Assembly (NCBI GenBank): GCA_023227695.1
Contig: JALNVE010000002.1
Span: 13,767-77,766 of the forward strand
Source of the DNA: Paludibacteraceae bacterium
Lineage (GTDB): Bacteria; Bacteroidota; Bacteroidia; Bacteroidales; Paludibacteraceae
Length of the DNA stretch: 64,000 nucleotides
Direction of reading: 5' to 3'
The translations under genes were made by a program, and so were the position numbers. The notes under the pieces were generated by a model that was not told the DNA's origin, did no database searches, and saw only the letters and a program-made list of their open reading frames with translations. Positions within the stretch are counted from its first letter, which is position 1. Each line of letters starts with the position of its first letter. This document shows positions 37,054 through 46,150 of this stretch, piece after piece.

Positions 37054-38268
37054 ATGAAAAAACTTACGAAAATAGACTATGATAGTCTTGAACATTTCTG
37101 GGAAACCTGTGGAAATAAAGAAACTTTAATTCTCCCGTTTGATTCTGCTTCAGCAGAATTTAAAACGATAAAGATTAGCGCCTTTAAAAACGGATATCTT
37201 CTTTCCGTGAAATCTTTATATGAAGTTGAAGCCACTAAAATTTCTCAATATTCTTCCCATAAGGAATCTTCTCGGAAAACTGTTCCTGAATCAGAAGACC
37301 AAAAAGATGAAGTTTTTGAAACAATCCAAGGATTTGAAAAATATCATTCACCTTTATGTATGAAGGAAATCCTTGCTCTTATGTCTTCTGACCGTGCAGT
37401 TAACATATGGTTCAGCGGACCTTCCGGATGCGGGAAAACCACAGCCGCGAGGTACATCGCTGCCACTCTTGAACGGAAACTCTATAAGATTAATGGTGAC
37501 GGTGGAACGACTGCGAATAGTTTTTTCGGTGCGAATACCGTGGTGATCGATAAGGAGACAAAAGAAAATAAGATTGTTTTTTCTGACGGAATCGCCGTTA
37601 AGGCGATGCAAGAAGGTCTTGATGAAAATGGGAATATCTGTGGATCTCCAGGGATTCTTTTTGTTGATGAAGCCGCAAGTCTGTCTCCTGGTGTCGGAAT
37701 CGCTCTTAATTCTATTCTCGAAACGCGTTCACCGGTTCGCGAGATCACCCTTTCAGAAGACAACGGAAGAATTGTCAAAAGTCATCCCGGTTTTGTTATT
37801 ATCCTAGCGGGAAACACGAACGGACTAGGAGCTTCATCTTCTAGTCAGCAACAGTATTCCGCTCAGCGTCGGGCTCTTGACGTTTCCATGATTCAGCGGA
37901 TTACAGCGACCTTTCGCTTTGGATATGATAAAAAGGCAGAAAGTGAAATCATAAACAGCAATATTCTTGACTTTGAAACGGCTTCTAAATTTATGGAATT
38001 CAAAGATTGCATAAGAAAAGCGATGAAGGATGGAGAAATTCTTACGCCGTTTTCCACAACGAAGGTAATTGACATTTGTGATTCATTTAAGATGTTTTGT
38101 TTACAAAATGACAATTTTACGGCATTGGCCAATGCCGTAACGTGTTGCTACCTTGAATCAATCCTTCCAGATGAAGCATCGGTGGCGGATGAACTTTTCC
38201 GCGTCTTCTTCGGTTCAAAAGCGACAGATCTTGTAAAAAAAGATTATGAAAACTATGATTATATTTAA
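37054..38268 (+). CDS. AAA+ ATPase (CobS/MoxR-like)
   Basis: Walker A GPSGCGKTT and Walker B ILFVDEAASL. It is adjacent to the vWA protein, the usual CobS/CobT-like pairing in phages. I moved the start to ATG 37054. Confidence 0.7.
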   Translation: MKKLTKIDYDSLEHFWETCGNKETLILPFDSASAEFKTIKISAFKNGYLLSVKSLYEVEATKISQYSSHKESSRKTVPESEDQKDEVFETIQGFEKYHSPLCMKEILALMSSDRAVNIWFSGPSGCGKTTAARYIAATLERKLYKINGDGGTTANSFFGANTVVIDKETKENKIVFSDGIAVKAMQEGLDENGNICGSPGILFVDEAASLSPGVGIALNSILETRSPVREITLSEDNGRIVKSHPGFVIILAGNTNGLGASSSSQQQYSAQRRALDVSMIQRITATFRFGYDKKAESEIINSNILDFETASKFMEFKDCIRKAMKDGEILTPFSTTKVIDICDSFKMFCLQNDNFTALANAVTCCYLESILPDEASVADELFRVFFGSKATDLVKKDYENYDYI

Positions 38269-38285
38269 GAAGGGGGATATCCTGA

Positions 38286-38636
38286 ATGGAAGACAATAAC
38301 AGATTTTCAATTTATGAAATGATAGGGAAGAAGATTAATTTTACCCGACACGGCAAAACAGTTGGAGGGTTATGTCAACACGTCATCCGCTGGCCGCTAG
38401 ATAACAGCATCCTGATTATAATTAATGGTTTAACGTATCCTTTTCCAGAACCGACCAAGATAAATTCGGAAGAAGGGAAAATTTCTTTTCTCTATGGTTC
38501 TGGATCTTTTGATAATGAAAACGATCTTCTCGAATTTTGCGGTGAAGCTTTAAATATTGAATGGGGAGAAGATATAAGGAAATCAATCGGGAGGGAAAAA
38601 AAATGCTTTGTGATTGATTTTATTATCGAACAATAA
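38286..38636 (+). CDS. hypothetical protein
   Basis: ORF track. Confidence 0.45.
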   Translation: MEDNNRFSIYEMIGKKINFTRHGKTVGGLCQHVIRWPLDNSILIIINGLTYPFPEPTKINSEEGKISFLYGSGSFDNENDLLEFCGEALNIEWGEDIRKSIGREKKCFVIDFIIEQ

Positions 38637-38643
38637 TCCTGAA

Positions 38644-38988
38644 ATGGATAAAGACATGGCTAGCTTGAAAATAACAAACGATCTTCGCAAAGACATTATT
38701 AATCTTATAAATGACAATATTTTATTAATAAACGATATCCGTTTTGAACTGTTCGTTTCTCTTAAAGAAATCAGAAAATCATTAGAAACGGAAGACGAGA
38801 AAGAATCTCTTTTAACTTCTGCGGAAGGACATGAAGAAAGACTATCTAATTTATATTGTTTAACGCAGAATCTATCATACCATAAATATTTCTTGGAAAA
38901 CAGGAAAGAAACTGATGCGGAAGCAGAAAGCGTATTAAAATGGTATGATAGAGTAAAGTCTATATTGAAGGAAGGACAATCCCCATGA
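38644..38988 (+). CDS. hypothetical protein
   Basis: ORF track, with the start moved to the first ATG after the upstream stop. It overlaps the RNA ligase start by 4 nt. Confidence 0.4.
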   Translation: MDKDMASLKITNDLRKDIINLINDNILLINDIRFELFVSLKEIRKSLETEDEKESLLTSAEGHEERLSNLYCLTQNLSYHKYFLENRKETDAEAESVLKWYDRVKSILKEGQSP

Positions 38989-40145
38989 GAAATCTAGCAA
39001 GCATACAAAAGATATCTAGACTCGAAGAAATTCCAGAAGCAAAAAACGTTATCAAGGCTTTTGTTTTGGGATGGGAAATCGTTGTTAAAAAGAATGAATT
39101 TAAGCCTGGTGATTTATGTGTGTTCTTCGAAACAGACTCCTTGTTGCCAAAAGACAATACCGTATTCTCTTTTATGGAAAGTCGCAAGTTCCGGGTGAAA
39201 ACAGTAAAGTTAGCAGGACAAATAAGTCAGGGACTTGCATTGCCGATTTCCATGTTTCCGGAAATCGCTGATTCTGAAATAAAGGAAGGATTGGATCTTA
39301 CAGAAAGACTTAAGATTGAAAAATATGAAAAGGAAGAAGAAACTTTTGTTGAACCTAAAATAAATATCAATTCTCATATACTTAAGTTCGTATTGAAATA
39401 CAAGGTTATGAGGAAATTGATTCTCCCTTTTATTTCTAAATCGAAAAGGACTTTCCCGTCAAGGATTATTTCAGAGTCAGATGAAACCCGCATTCAATGT
39501 ATGCCTGGAATTCTTGAAAAAGAGAAGGATTCCATTTTCATTGCAACTGAAAAGCTAGAAGGTTGTAGCGCAACTTTTACGATCAACAGAACCTGTTTGT
39601 TCTGGACTTCGGTTAGTGTTTGTAGTCGGAAAAGAAACCTGCCAAGAAGTCAAAACATATGGTGGAATATGTATGATGACTATTGCATTCAATCCTATCT
39701 GAAATGGATTATAGCGCTTCTCGGTATGAACGTTAAGTCTGTCGGGATTCAGGGAGAAATCATCGGACCTAAGATTTGTAAAAATATCTATTCCCTAAAG
39801 GGACATGATTTGTATATTTATCGTCTGAAGATCAATTATAGAAACGGGAATGTCAAGTTCCTTAACCATTATGAAATGCAAGACTTGTTTGAATCGATTC
39901 GAAAGGAATTCGGAATCTACGCAAAACTTAAAGTAGTTCCTGTCCTTTGGGAAGGAATTCTTAAAGGATTCAAGGACGTTAATGCCATTTTGGAATTCGC
40001 TAACGGATTTTCGAAACTAAAACAGGATCAGTTGCGTGAGGGACTGGTTTTCTCCAAACTGAGAGACCCGAGCGTAAGTTTTAAAGCTGTAAGCCGAGAA
40101 TATCTTATTTGGAAGAATAAGAAAGAAGATGAATTCAACATCTGA
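38985..40145 (+). CDS. RNA ligase, DRB0094 (Rnl5)-like
   Basis: The N-terminal module is ASIQKISRLEEIPEAKNVIKAFVLGWEIVVKKNEFKPGDLCVFFETDSLLP...VKLAGQISQGLALP. The nucleotidyltransferase motifs are TEKLEGCS (motif I Lys), GIQGEIIGPKICKN, and EGLVFS...SFKAVSREY. Confidence 0.75.
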   Translation: MRNLASIQKISRLEEIPEAKNVIKAFVLGWEIVVKKNEFKPGDLCVFFETDSLLPKDNTVFSFMESRKFRVKTVKLAGQISQGLALPISMFPEIADSEIKEGLDLTERLKIEKYEKEEETFVEPKININSHILKFVLKYKVMRKLILPFISKSKRTFPSRIISESDETRIQCMPGILEKEKDSIFIATEKLEGCSATFTINRTCLFWTSVSVCSRKRNLPRSQNIWWNMYDDYCIQSYLKWIIALLGMNVKSVGIQGEIIGPKICKNIYSLKGHDLYIYRLKINYRNGNVKFLNHYEMQDLFESIRKEFGIYAKLKVVPVLWEGILKGFKDVNAILEFANGFSKLKQDQLREGLVFSKLRDPSVSFKAVSREYLIWKNKKEDEFNI

Positions 40146-40422
40146 CATTGATAAAATCCTTAAAAGGTACAAAATAGTTTTGACGGAAGGGATCGTCAAA
40201 GAAATACCCATAAATGATAAATATTTTCATTTAGACGACACCGGAGGTTTTATATTCTGCCGATGGAGTGACAATATATATATTATCTCACATCCTTCAA
40301 AGGGAAGAGGGTGGTATCCCAAATCGGACTTTGAACACCTCCTTTTAAGTTCTATATGCGATGGATTGATTGAAAAAACAAAAGGAATTTTCGCCTTCGG
40401 GACATATGCGAATTTTATTTAA
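40129..40422 (+). CDS. hypothetical protein
   Basis: ORF track. Confidence 0.4.
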   Translation: MNSTSDIDKILKRYKIVLTEGIVKEIPINDKYFHLDDTGGFIFCRWSDNIYIISHPSKGRGWYPKSDFEHLLLSSICDGLIEKTKGIFAFGTYANFI

Positions 40423-40443
40423 TTCAGATTACCAAATACAAAC

Positions 40444-41322
40444 ATGAAGATTAATATTTATACATCATTGAATGGGGTTGGCCTTGAGAAAGATGCAAGT
40501 TTATTAATCAAGTTATTGTCTGGTTGCGGGTATGAAATCCACGTCTTTGATCGGAAAAGGAGTCAAAGAGGGAATAGGGCTGATATACAGATTCATCTTG
40601 AAATTCCAAGATATGACTGTATTCAGTTGTCTAAAAGGAATATTTTAATCCCAAACCCAGAATGGTTCTATCCTAATTGGAAAGATGGTTTACTGAAGTT
40701 TAAGGAAATCTGGTGCAAGACGCTGGATTCTTTCAAAATCTTTCAGAAACTTCACCAATCTTGTGTTCTAACCGGTTTCATAAGCCAAGACTTTTACTTG
40801 CCTGAAATCAGAAAAGAAAAGAAGCTGATTCATATTTCAGGATATTCAAAAACCAAGGGCACTCTTGAAATAATTAAAGCATACCGGCGCGACAAAAATC
40901 TCCCGAAGTGTCTTTTTGTCGGTACGAGTGAATGGGATGTCTCTGGGTGTAATATAGAACAGTTGGGAAGAGTGTCAGAATCTGATTTAAAACGCTTGAT
41001 GAATGAGAATTTAATACACCTATGTCCTAGCTATTATGAAGGATGGGGACATTATTTACATGAAGCCGCGAGCACAGGTGCTATTGTAATCACAACGGAC
41101 GCGCCGCCGATGTCAGAATTCTTCAAGACGCATCTGGTAAGGGTTTCTCACACGTCGAAAATGAATTCAGCGATAATGTCTTATCCTGATTCAGAATCGA
41201 TTGCATTACTAATACGTGAAGTAATGCAATCAGATTTCCTATTAGAAACAGGAATGTACAACAGGAATCAATTTTTAGAAAGAAACACGGCAAGCGAATC
41301 GGCGATATTATTAGGAATTTGA
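40444..41322 (+). CDS. glycosyltransferase, GT-B (family 1/4-like)
   Basis: The C-terminal pattern PSYYEGWGHYLHEAASTGAIVITTDAPPMSEF is the typical E-x-x-G...EA...G-x-P-V-I signature. Confidence 0.6.
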   Translation: MKINIYTSLNGVGLEKDASLLIKLLSGCGYEIHVFDRKRSQRGNRADIQIHLEIPRYDCIQLSKRNILIPNPEWFYPNWKDGLLKFKEIWCKTLDSFKIFQKLHQSCVLTGFISQDFYLPEIRKEKKLIHISGYSKTKGTLEIIKAYRRDKNLPKCLFVGTSEWDVSGCNIEQLGRVSESDLKRLMNENLIHLCPSYYEGWGHYLHEAASTGAIVITTDAPPMSEFFKTHLVRVSHTSKMNSAIMSYPDSESIALLIREVMQSDFLLETGMYNRNQFLERNTASESAILLGI

Positions 41323-41326
41323 ACAC

Positions 41327-42622
41327 ATGAAAATAATTATTCTATGGGCGACTTGTAGACCAGATATTTTTAAATCGACACATCAGCACTGGATCGAAAA
41401 TTCTTCTGGTTTTTATGAAATCGAGACACGTGTCGCTGTTGATACGCAAGAACAAAAAGAAAAAATTTCCGGATTTGATGTCATTGTAGTTAAAGGGGAA
41501 CAGAAAGGAGTCTGTTTCCCGTCTTATTGTCTTTCCAAAAACCTTGAAGCAGAAGATTCTGATATTGTTATCCTCGCCAGTGATGATTTCTTTCCACCGA
41601 ATAATTGGGATAAAACCATTATCAACCTTATCGGGAAAGACAAGGATTGTGTTCTGTTGGTAAATGATGGAATACAAAAATATCCGGCTAGGGTAATTAC
41701 CTTTCCGATAATGACTTTTTCCGCACTGAAGAAGATGAAGAAGATTATATATAACCCCGTTTACAGTCACATGTCAAGTGATTGTGAACTCTATGTAATC
41801 GCTGAAAGAATGTGTATATTAAAAGACGTAAGAAAATCCTGCAAAGAAATTTTTGAGCACAGGCATTATTGTAATGGGAAAAGAGAAAGAGACGAAGTCG
41901 ATAAGGCTCTAGATTATTCTTATTCTTCAGGAACAGAACTATTCCGTTCCAGAATGAAGAAAAACGTTTGTCGGCTTCTCCAAGTAGATCCTTCTATAGA
42001 AGATAAGGCTTCTCATTATTCTTTGTCTTATAGTAAACAGGGTAAAAACAACGTTCCCGACATTCGACTTTCTATATTGATATGTTCTGTTAAACAAAGA
42101 CAGGACTTACTTAAACGATTATTGGAATCCCTTCAGAAGCAAAAGACACCAGAAATAGAAATTTTGACAGAAGTTGATGACGGTAATATTAAAATCGGGA
42201 AGAAGAGAAATATGCTTCTTGAAAAAGCGAAGGGAGACTATCTCTGCTTCATAGATGATGATGATTTAGTGAGTGAAGATTATGTTAAGAAAATATTGTC
42301 TGCAATTCATAATAATCCTGATTGTTGCTCCTTAGAGGGGATTTACACCGTTGATGGTAAAAACCCGACTAGATTTATTCATTCCGTTGATTATAACAAA
42401 TGGGAAACTGTAACTGAAAACGGTGAAACGGTCTACCTAAGATGTCCAAATCACTTAAACGCAGTAAAAAGGGAACTGGCAGTCATTGTCGGATTTAAAG
42501 ATGAACTTTCACAAGGAGAAGATAGGGATTATTCAGAACGACTTCTTCCTTTATTAAAAACTGAATCTAAAATCAACGGTTCAATATATAAATATTTATT
42601 CATATCAAAAAACAGGAGATAA
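41327..42622 (+). CDS. two-domain protein, C-terminal family 2 glycosyltransferase
   Basis: LSILICSVKQRQDLLKRLLESL...GKKRNMLLEKAKGDYLCFIDDDDLV is the GT2 DxD region. The N-terminal ~230 aa are unassigned. Confidence 0.6.
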   Translation: MKIIILWATCRPDIFKSTHQHWIENSSGFYEIETRVAVDTQEQKEKISGFDVIVVKGEQKGVCFPSYCLSKNLEAEDSDIVILASDDFFPPNNWDKTIINLIGKDKDCVLLVNDGIQKYPARVITFPIMTFSALKKMKKIIYNPVYSHMSSDCELYVIAERMCILKDVRKSCKEIFEHRHYCNGKRERDEVDKALDYSYSSGTELFRSRMKKNVCRLLQVDPSIEDKASHYSLSYSKQGKNNVPDIRLSILICSVKQRQDLLKRLLESLQKQKTPEIEILTEVDDGNIKIGKKRNMLLEKAKGDYLCFIDDDDLVSEDYVKKILSAIHNNPDCCSLEGIYTVDGKNPTRFIHSVDYNKWETVTENGETVYLRCPNHLNAVKRELAVIVGFKDELSQGEDRDYSERLLPLLKTESKINGSIYKYLFISKNRR

Positions 42623-42623
42623 A

Positions 42624-43217
42624 ATGTATTCACAAAACAATGAAGAACAGATAATTCTAAAATGCCTTGAAGATGCAGGTTCTTCAAAATTTATAGAGAT
42701 AGGCGCTTATGATCCCTTTAAATTTTCGAACACAAGGCGGCTGGTTGAACTTGGATGGGAAGGTGTTTATGTTGAACCTTCTACTCCTTGTTACGCAAAA
42801 TTTCAAAAGGAATACCAGAATAATCCTAAAATTATGCTCTATCCGTTTGCTGTCGGGAAAGAAAAGGGGAACGTGTTGTTTTACGAATCTGCGGATGCCA
42901 TAAGTACAACTTCTAAACCCTGGAAAGAATTATGGGAAAATGGTTCTAAAAGTCAGTTTATTGAAAAAAGGGTAGATGTGATAACAGGAGAAGACCTTTA
43001 TTCTCTTTGCGGTCAAGGGTCTGTCTTTTTAAATATAGATACGGAAGACACGAACATAGATGTCCTAAATTCATTCAGGGAAGAAACGATTTCTAAATTT
43101 AGGTTGATATGTATAGAACATCAGGGAAAACTTCGATATTTAAGAACCTATTTCAAAAAGATCGGATTTAGAGAAGTTCTTTTAAATAATGAGAATTTCA
43201 TTTTTCAAAAGGTATAA
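42624..43217 (+). CDS. FkbM-family methyltransferase
   Basis: FIEIGAYDPFKFSNTRRL...GVYVEPSTPCYAKF...LYPFAVGKEKGNVLFY follows the FkbM pattern. Confidence 0.6.
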   Translation: MYSQNNEEQIILKCLEDAGSSKFIEIGAYDPFKFSNTRRLVELGWEGVYVEPSTPCYAKFQKEYQNNPKIMLYPFAVGKEKGNVLFYESADAISTTSKPWKELWENGSKSQFIEKRVDVITGEDLYSLCGQGSVFLNIDTEDTNIDVLNSFREETISKFRLICIEHQGKLRYLRTYFKKIGFREVLLNNENFIFQKV

Positions 43218-43964
43218 ATGGAATATATTTTTGCAAATTGGTGTCTTTCTAGCAATGTCGGAGACCAGCTTACCCCTTATCTTGTGGAAAAAATTTCTGG
43301 TAAGAAATGTGTTTTCTGTGATCAAAACAGCCGGGTTTTGAAATATGTCGTCGTTGGAAGTATTCTAAATTGGGAAATCAAAAACGCTGTTTTTTGGGGT
43401 ACAGGGATTGCAGATTCAAAAGACAACATCGGAATAAAAGACATCCGTTCTGTGCGCGGATATATATCAAAAACAGCCGCAATGAATTTCGGAAATGACT
43501 GTTATACCGCAAGTGTAGGAGATCCTGCTTTAATCCTTCCGAAGATATATTCATCAGATGTCAAGAAAACTAATTCTTTGGCGATTGTCCCTCATTATAT
43601 AGATTTGGAATATTTTGTTTCCAAGTTCGGAAGCCGTATAAGGATAATAAATCCTCTACAGTCTGTTGAAAACTTTATCGATGAAATTTGTTCATGCGAG
43701 TCAATCCTTTCTTCGTCTCTTCATGGTTTGATAATCGCGGAAGCCTATGGCGTAAAAACAAGGTGGGTGAAATTCGGGAATCGTATCGGCGGCGACGGAA
43801 CGAAATTTAGAGACCACTATTCATCGATAAACACAGTACAAGAATGTCTTGATCTATCTGAATTCAACGGGAAATTTGAAGAAATAGAATCGACTAGGAA
43901 GAAGATACCTGATGATTTGGTGTCACGAATGTTGGAAACTTGTCCTTTCAGGGGAAAAATATGA
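43218..43964 (+). CDS. polysaccharide pyruvyl transferase-like protein
   Basis: GDQLTPYLVEKISG...VVGSIL...VRG...GDPALILPKIY...SSSLHGLIIAEAYGV follows the PS_pyruv_trans pattern. Confidence 0.55.
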   Translation: MEYIFANWCLSSNVGDQLTPYLVEKISGKKCVFCDQNSRVLKYVVVGSILNWEIKNAVFWGTGIADSKDNIGIKDIRSVRGYISKTAAMNFGNDCYTASVGDPALILPKIYSSDVKKTNSLAIVPHYIDLEYFVSKFGSRIRIINPLQSVENFIDEICSCESILSSSLHGLIIAEAYGVKTRWVKFGNRIGGDGTKFRDHYSSINTVQECLDLSEFNGKFEEIESTRKKIPDDLVSRMLETCPFRGKI

Positions 43965-44827
43965 ATACTGTTGTAATACCGTGTTTCAATCGTTCGGAAT
44001 ATCTTGAACTCTGCCTTGAATTTATAATGAAAGCTGACGGATGGAATGAATTAAAATATATCTTCGCTACCGACATCGGAGTTACAAGTCAAGTACTTGG
44101 GGTAATAAACAGATTCAAAGGAAGCTGTTACCTTGTTTCCCCGGATTCACATAATTTTAAAATAGGGAAACAGTCAAAGAATGTCATTACAGGTTTGCTT
44201 TCAGAACATTGTAAAGAAGCGGATCACGTTTTTTACATAGAGGATGATGTTTTCATCGGAAAAGACTTTTTCACTTTTGGTGAAGCTATCATCAAGAAAA
44301 CAAATTCCTTCGCCGTTATCCTTTCTAAAAACGCAAACGGAAAAGATTCAGTTTGTGAAGACATCAATTCCTATTATTGTAAGACGGACAATCAGTATCA
44401 GGGAATCGGCGTTTGTTTTAATAACGTATTTTTAAAGAAATACCTATCACCTCATAATGAAGCAAAATATTTTGCAAATCCATTGAAATACATTTTAGGG
44501 GTTTTCCCTAAAAGCAAACTAAACGCGTCTTTCTGTGAACAGGACGGTTTGATACGCCGGATAATTGAAGAAAACAAACTAAAGGTCGCTTTTGCACACG
44601 TTCCTAGATGTTTTCATGCTGGGTTTTACGGATATCATAGAAACCCCAAAGGGATAGATGTTTATAAGATGACATCAGAACAAAGGAAAGCAACCATCTT
44701 GAAAAACGCATTTGACATTGATTCTCTTAGAGAAATAGTAAAGGAAGAAGGGATGATTAATGACAGTCTTCCTGTCGATTTGGAAACAAGTCACAATGAT
44801 TGCTATGAAGTCAGTATTGAACATTAA
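43961..44827 (+). CDS. putative glycosyltransferase (GT-A-like)
   Basis: The N-terminus MNTVVIPCFNRSEYLELCLEFI is GT2-like, with FYIEDDVF as a candidate DxD. I moved the start to ATG 43961, which forms an ATGA overlap with the upstream stop. Confidence 0.45.
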   Translation: MNTVVIPCFNRSEYLELCLEFIMKADGWNELKYIFATDIGVTSQVLGVINRFKGSCYLVSPDSHNFKIGKQSKNVITGLLSEHCKEADHVFYIEDDVFIGKDFFTFGEAIIKKTNSFAVILSKNANGKDSVCEDINSYYCKTDNQYQGIGVCFNNVFLKKYLSPHNEAKYFANPLKYILGVFPKSKLNASFCEQDGLIRRIIEENKLKVAFAHVPRCFHAGFYGYHRNPKGIDVYKMTSEQRKATILKNAFDIDSLREIVKEEGMINDSLPVDLETSHNDCYEVSIEH

Positions 44828-44836
44828 GACAAAGAC

Positions 44837-45376
44837 ATGAGTTGTATACAGCAAATAATGGCAGAACAGGCAATTGAAGAAATTGGATTAAAAAAAGAAG
44901 TAAGGATTAGCCATGCTGAAGATGTAAGGACGTGGATAGGGGAAAAAGAATATAGACTTGTATTTCCTAGACGTTTACTTAATTATGACTGTTCTAAGAA
45001 AGATATCGATATTCTTTTCGTAGGACTGATAACGGATAAGAGAAAAGCCTTCCTTTCTCCTTTCAAAGGGAAAGCGGTGATTAAAGAATCCTTTAATGGA
45101 AGGAATGACAAGGTTAAGGGAAATGACAACGGATATTTTGAACTCATGGCAAGATCAAAATTCGTCCTATGTCCAGACGGAGATTTTACTTGGACATATC
45201 GTTTTTTTGAAGCTGTAATATTTAAGGCAATTCCGATAATTCAAAACGATTCTTGTTTGTACTCTGGTTATCACTTCTTTAAATCAAGTGACAAACTTGA
45301 ATATGACTTGATGAAAACAGAAAGGAATTTAAATAAAATCATTTCTCAGATGTTTCTTCCGGAAATTGATAAATAA
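44837..45376 (+). CDS. exostosin (GT47)-like C-terminal domain protein
   Basis: YFELMARSKFVLCPDGDFTWTYRFFEAVIFKAIPII matches the exostosin C-terminal motif pattern. Confidence 0.5.
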   Translation: MSCIQQIMAEQAIEEIGLKKEVRISHAEDVRTWIGEKEYRLVFPRRLLNYDCSKKDIDILFVGLITDKRKAFLSPFKGKAVIKESFNGRNDKVKGNDNGYFELMARSKFVLCPDGDFTWTYRFFEAVIFKAIPIIQNDSCLYSGYHFFKSSDKLEYDLMKTERNLNKIISQMFLPEIDK

Positions 45377-45929
45377 CCTTAAAGTCCAGACTTTCAAGGA
45401 AAGATTCTGCCAAAAAGGCGGGTTTCCCTTTTAAAATTCCGAATAACAGTTTCGGAATTTTTTTGTCTATATTAAGACCATAGTAACATCTAGCTCCGAA
45501 TTCATGACAATACATTTTATTGTTCCATGTTTCGAAATTGAAGTCATAGGGTGTTCCCAAATACTTGTAAGCGCGTTCTATTGCCTGTTCCTGCCTTCCG
45601 GAAGGCCGAAGGATACAGAATATGTCACAACGCAGGAAGTCTATCACATCGATTTCTGACACCCCTTCCGCGACAGCATGTATCATCTTCCCGTCTCCGA
45701 CGTACAATCCCGTATGGCTATATTTTCCTGGGATGAAAAGAGAGTCAAGATAGTCAGAATATCCTCTTAAAATTATGTCGCCTGGTTCCAGAACGCCTAT
45801 GGCTTCCCTTGTTTGTTTCCCCTTTGCTTTATAAGTCACAGGGCAATAAACCATAAACGGTGGGTATTTATAAACCTTGATATCTCCGAAAATCGTAAGG
45901 AATTTGGCTTTCAAATCGTAAAAATTCAT
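45339..45929 (-). CDS. permuted papain-like amidase (YiiX/C92, NlpC/P60 superfamily)
   Basis: PGDIILRG...YSHTGLYVGDGKMIHAVAEGV...GTPYDFNF...MYCHEFGARC. I moved the start to ATG 45929 behind RBS GGAGG. It is the only convincing minus-strand gene inside the plus-strand arm. Confidence 0.65.
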   Translation of the reverse strand: MNFYDLKAKFLTIFGDIKVYKYPPFMVYCPVTYKAKGKQTREAIGVLEPGDIILRGYSDYLDSLFIPGKYSHTGLYVGDGKMIHAVAEGVSEIDVIDFLRCDIFCILRPSGRQEQAIERAYKYLGTPYDFNFETWNNKMYCHEFGARCYYGLNIDKKIPKLLFGILKGKPAFLAESFLESLDFKVIYQFPEETSEK

Positions 45930-45982
45930 ATCTTGTCCTCCTATGTATTTATATTTTATCAAGAAAAGGTGTCGCCATAGAC

Positions 45983-46011
45983 TTGACAATATTCGTGAAG
46001 CAGGATATAGT
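45983..46011 (+). promoter_or_regulatory. sigma-70-type promoter (TTGACA-17-TATAGT)
   Basis: The -35 is at 45983-45988 and the -10 at 46006-46011. The next ATG (46019) is only 7 nt downstream of the -10. Confidence 0.55.
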
Positions 46012-46018
46012 ATATGGC

Positions 46019-46150
46019 ATGAAAACAAAGACACAAAAGGGTTCTCCCGTAAAACACATTCGGAAGAAATGGGTTGTGAACCCTCGCACCCGCGTAAAGG
46101 AATCTGAAAAGAAGTATAAGAGGGAAAAGAAAGTCGAGGTATATGAGTGA
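46019..46150 (+). CDS. small basic protein (43 aa), possibly leaderless
   Basis: My translation is MKTKTQKGSPVKHIRKKWVVNPRTRVKESEKKYKREKKVEVYE*. Its stop overlaps the GTG start of the next ORF (GTGA). It is below the ORF-track size cut-off. Confidence 0.3.
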   Translation: MKTKTQKGSPVKHIRKKWVVNPRTRVKESEKKYKREKKVEVYE

